DNA of 64,000 nucleotides from Trueperaceae bacterium (GTDB lineage Bacteria; Deinococcota; Deinococci; Deinococcales; Trueperaceae): NCBI GenBank assembly GCA_034520945.1, contig JAXHNB010000006.1, positions 672,001 to 736,000 of the forward strand, read 5' to 3'. Shown piece by piece: positions 61,425 to 64,000 of this stretch (position 1 is its first letter; each line of letters starts with the position of its first letter). The notes under the pieces were generated by a model. It saw only the letters and a program-made list of their open reading frames with translations, ran no database searches and was not told where the DNA came from. The position numbers and the translations under genes were made by a program.

Positions 61425-62624
61425 TCACGGCACGACCGTATCGTCTCCTTCGTCCGGAATCGGTCCTTCGTCCAAAACCTCCCGCAGGGCATCGACCGTT
61501 CGGTCGACCTCTTCGTCGGTGGTGTACAGCGCGACCGGCGCGAACCTGAGCAGGTCGGGCGGCCGGAAGTCCGGCACGATGCCGCGCGCGCGCAGGGCGC
61601 GCGAGATCGCCCGCGCCTGCGGGTGCCGGAACGCCACGTGCCCCCCGCGGCGGTCGAACGACGCCGGCGTGACGCGCTCGCATTCGGGCGCTTGCGTCTG
61701 CACGCGGCGGACGAGTCGCTCGGTCAACGCCAGCGAGCGTTCCCGCACGGCGTCGATGCCGACCTCCTCGAAGGCGGCGAGCCCGCCCTCCAGGCCCGCC
61801 AACGCCAGCACGCTCGGGGTGCCCGTCTGCCAGGCCGCGGCACCCGCCGCGGGCGTGAACGTCGGCGCCATGGCGAACTGCGTGGCCTTGTGGTGGCCCC
61901 ACCATCCTGGAAGGCCCGGCGGGCGGTCGTGATGCCGCCGGTGCAGGAACAGGCCGCCGGGCGCCCCGGGCCCGGCGTTCAGGTACTTGTACGAACACCA
62001 GGTAGCCGCGTCGATCCCCTCGCGGTGCATGTCGTGCGGCATGGCGCCGATCGAGTGCGCCGCGTCCAGGCATGCCAGGGCCCCTGCCGCCTGCGCGGCG
62101 GCCGCCAAGCGTGCCGTGTCCAGGCGCTGCCCGCTGCGGTAGAGGACGACCGGCAGCCACGCCAACGCGACGTCGCCGGTCAACGCGGCTTCGATGTCGC
62201 GCTCGTCCACCAGCTCGCCCTCGCCGCCTTGGCTGCCGACGAGGCGGAGTTCGGCGCCGTAGCGGTCGGTCCAGCTCCGCAACGCGTACAGGTCGCTCGG
62301 GAACTCACGCGCCAGCGCCACGATGTGCCGCCGCCGGCCCTCGGGCCGGTACAGGCCGGCGAGGATCGCGTGCAGGTTGATCGTGGTGCCGCCGGTGGCG
62401 ATCACCTCGTCGGCATGCGCGCCGACCAGCCGCGCCAGCGCGGGGGAGAGACGCTCGGCCGCGGCGAACCACTCCTCCCACGCCCCGACGGCCTGATGGT
62501 TCCACTGCCGCATCCGCCGTTCGATCGCGCGCTGCGCCGCCAGGCTCATCGGCCCCAGCGAATTGCCGTCCATGTAGATGCCGGGAGGCAGCAAAAAGGC
62601 GTCCCTGCGCGGGAGCAGGCTCAT
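61425..62624 (-). CDS. kynU: Kynureninase
   Basis: IYMDGNSLG, FPSDLY, DAAHSIG, WCSYKYLNAGPG and PDFRPPD. Confidence 0.95.
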   Translation of the reverse strand: MSLLPRRDAFLLPPGIYMDGNSLGPMSLAAQRAIERRMRQWNHQAVGAWEEWFAAAERLSPALARLVGAHADEVIATGGTTINLHAILAGLYRPEGRRRHIVALAREFPSDLYALRSWTDRYGAELRLVGSQGGEGELVDERDIEAALTGDVALAWLPVVLYRSGQRLDTARLAAAAQAAGALACLDAAHSIGAMPHDMHREGIDAATWCSYKYLNAGPGAPGGLFLHRRHHDRPPGLPGWWGHHKATQFAMAPTFTPAAGAAAWQTGTPSVLALAGLEGGLAAFEEVGIDAVRERSLALTERLVRRVQTQAPECERVTPASFDRRGGHVAFRHPQARAISRALRARGIVPDFRPPDLLRFAPVALYTTDEEVDRTVDALREVLDEGPIPDEGDDTVVP

Positions 62625-63274
62625 GCGTCGCCGGCGGTGCCGTCGCCCGGCGGCCACAACAGCGCCCGCGCCGGTGCCGCGTCCGCGCCCGCCAGGTGCA
62701 ACGGAAGACAGGCGAACATCCACCGTCCCGGCGTCGCGGCGTTCAACGCGAGCCCTTCGATGATCTGCACGTCCCGCGCCCCGCACGCCCGGTGCGCCGG
62801 AAGGTCGCGGCTGTCCAGCGGATCGATGCTGGGGGCGTCGGTGCCCACCACGCGCACGCCCCGGTCGGCCAGCGCATGGATCAACGCCGGTGCCAACGCC
62901 CGGACGGACTTCGGAAACGCGGTCCAGGCGTCGGGTTGGCCCGTGCGCAGCAGCACGCGTCCCGGCAGCGGCCCGGCGGGCAGGATTTCCGGCCCGACCG
63001 GGTTCGAGGCATCCCGGGCGTCCAACAGCAGGGCGTCGCCGACCAGCCGGCCGATGGGCACCTCGTCCAGCCGCGCACCGGCGTCGTCGGCGTGCCATGG
63101 GGCGTCCACGTGCGTCCCGAGATGCGTCGTGCCTGAAAGCCGCATCAGGTTCACGCTGCTGCCGTCCGCGATGCGCGCATGCTCCTGCAGGGTGAACGGC
63201 GTGTCGCCCGGCCACACCGGGTGGCCGTCGTAAAGGAGGCGGGTGACGTCCAACGGTTCGCTGCGGGCCGGCAC
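62621..63274 (-). CDS. kynB: Kynurenine formamidase (cyclase family)
   Basis: VWPGD, HLGTHVDAPWH, GTDAPSID, IIEGL and ADAAPARA. Confidence 0.9.
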   Translation of the reverse strand: MPARSEPLDVTRLLYDGHPVWPGDTPFTLQEHARIADGSSVNLMRLSGTTHLGTHVDAPWHADDAGARLDEVPIGRLVGDALLLDARDASNPVGPEILPAGPLPGRVLLRTGQPDAWTAFPKSVRALAPALIHALADRGVRVVGTDAPSIDPLDSRDLPAHRACGARDVQIIEGLALNAATPGRWMFACLPLHLAGADAAPARALLWPPGDGTAGDA

Positions 63275-63279
63275 GGCGG

Positions 63280-64000
63280 TCAGGCGCCCACGTCGAGCCG
63301 GCGCAACAGGTCCTCCAGCTGCCCGGCGACCCGTTCTAGGCGCGCTTCGTCAGGGGCCGTCACCATCACCCGGACCAGCGCCTCGGTGCCGGAGGGGCGG
63401 AGGTTCACGCGTACCTCGTCGCCGAACTCGGTTTCGATCCCCGCGATCGCGTCACGCACGTCGGGATGCTGGGTCACGGCGGTCTTCTCGCCGTCGGGTA
63501 CCGGCACGTTGCGCAGCGTTTGCGGGTAGGTGGGGATGTCGTCCATCCACGCCTCGAGCGGCCGGCCGGAGGCGCGCACCGCCGCCAGCAGTTGCAGCGC
63601 GCTGAGGATGCCGTCGCCGGTGGAGGCCTTGTCGAGGAACAGTACGTGCCCCGACTGCTCGCCGCCGAGTCGGAGGCCCCGTTGGCGCAGCTCCGCGTCG
63701 ACGTGGCGGTCCCCGACCTGCGTCCGGTGCACCGTGATGCCGTGGTCGTTCATCCACCGTTCGGCCCCCAGGTTGGTCATCACGGTGGCCACCACCTCTC
63801 GGTCGCCCCGCACGCGGGCAACGATGGCGATCACGTGATCGCCGGTCACGAGGCGGCCTTTTCGGTCGACCAATTGCACCCGGTCGGCGTCCCCGTCGAA
63901 CGTCACGCCGACGTCGAGGCCGTGCGCGCGCACGTGCGTCCGGATCGCGTCCGGGTGCGTCGAGCCGCAGCCCGCGTTCACGTTCACGCCGTCCGGCGAG
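63280..64000 (-). CDS. glmM: Phosphoglucosamine mutase, 3' part (runs off the window)
   Basis: NVNAGCGSTHP, FDGDADR, VGDR, GGEQSGH, TGDG and RPSGTE. Confidence 0.93.
   Translation of the reverse strand, partial: SPDGVNVNAGCGSTHPDAIRTHVRAHGLDVGVTFDGDADRVQLVDRKGRLVTGDHVIAIVARVRGDREVVATVMTNLGAERWMNDHGITVHRTQVGDRHVDAELRQRGLRLGGEQSGHVLFLDKASTGDGILSALQLLAAVRASGRPLEAWMDDIPTYPQTLRNVPVPDGEKTAVTQHPDVRDAIAGIETEFGDEVRVNLRPSGTEALVRVMVTAPDEARLERVAGQLEDLLRRLDVGA

Noticed and set aside
61425..63274. kynBU without kynA as an unusual pathway
   Set aside because: Tryptophan dioxygenase is often encoded elsewhere, so its absence from this window says nothing.

Overview
High-GC bacterial chromosomal segment, most consistent with a Deinococcota (Trueperaceae-like) genome. 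This is an inference from many leaderless TAnnnT-N6-ATG starts, a PhoR without membrane helices and the overall gene set. Many genes carry single-base frameshifts, densest in the first ~14 kb, which looks like long-read consensus error, decay, or both. From left to right the window holds: (1) a truncated DEAD/DEAH helicase interrupted by a FadR/GntR-regulated sugar-acid (galactonate-type) catabolic island with a TTT transporter; (2) a toxin-antitoxin-rich accessory zone (ParDE, VapBC, RES-Xre, several relics) that also contains a CarH/LitR-like B12 photosensor with SRPBCC and fasciclin genes and a HEPN-motif/CBS protein; (3) phoR-phoB/phoU/pstSCAB; (4) a YnjF/TVP38/flavin-disulfide reductase/ABC cluster; (5) a second TA zone; (6) a SARP-type ATPase-TPR regulator divergent from a three-lipoprotein operon; (7) housekeeping and metabolic genes (ADH, SDRs, an Fe3+-family ABC transporter, GH4 melA, pckA, kynBU, glmM). 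The most striking item is the largest lipoprotein in (6). It carries an anthrax protective antigen / binary toxin B-like pore-forming core, Ig-like repeats, many Ca-binding repeats and a laminin-B-like domain, with no enzymatic A component nearby. A 15-bp Pho-box-like motif also sits at a fixed spacing before three promoters, one of them upstream of the 'iron' ABC transporter. No rRNA, tRNA, CRISPR array, transposase or integrase was seen. All family calls come from motif recognition by eye, not from database searches.
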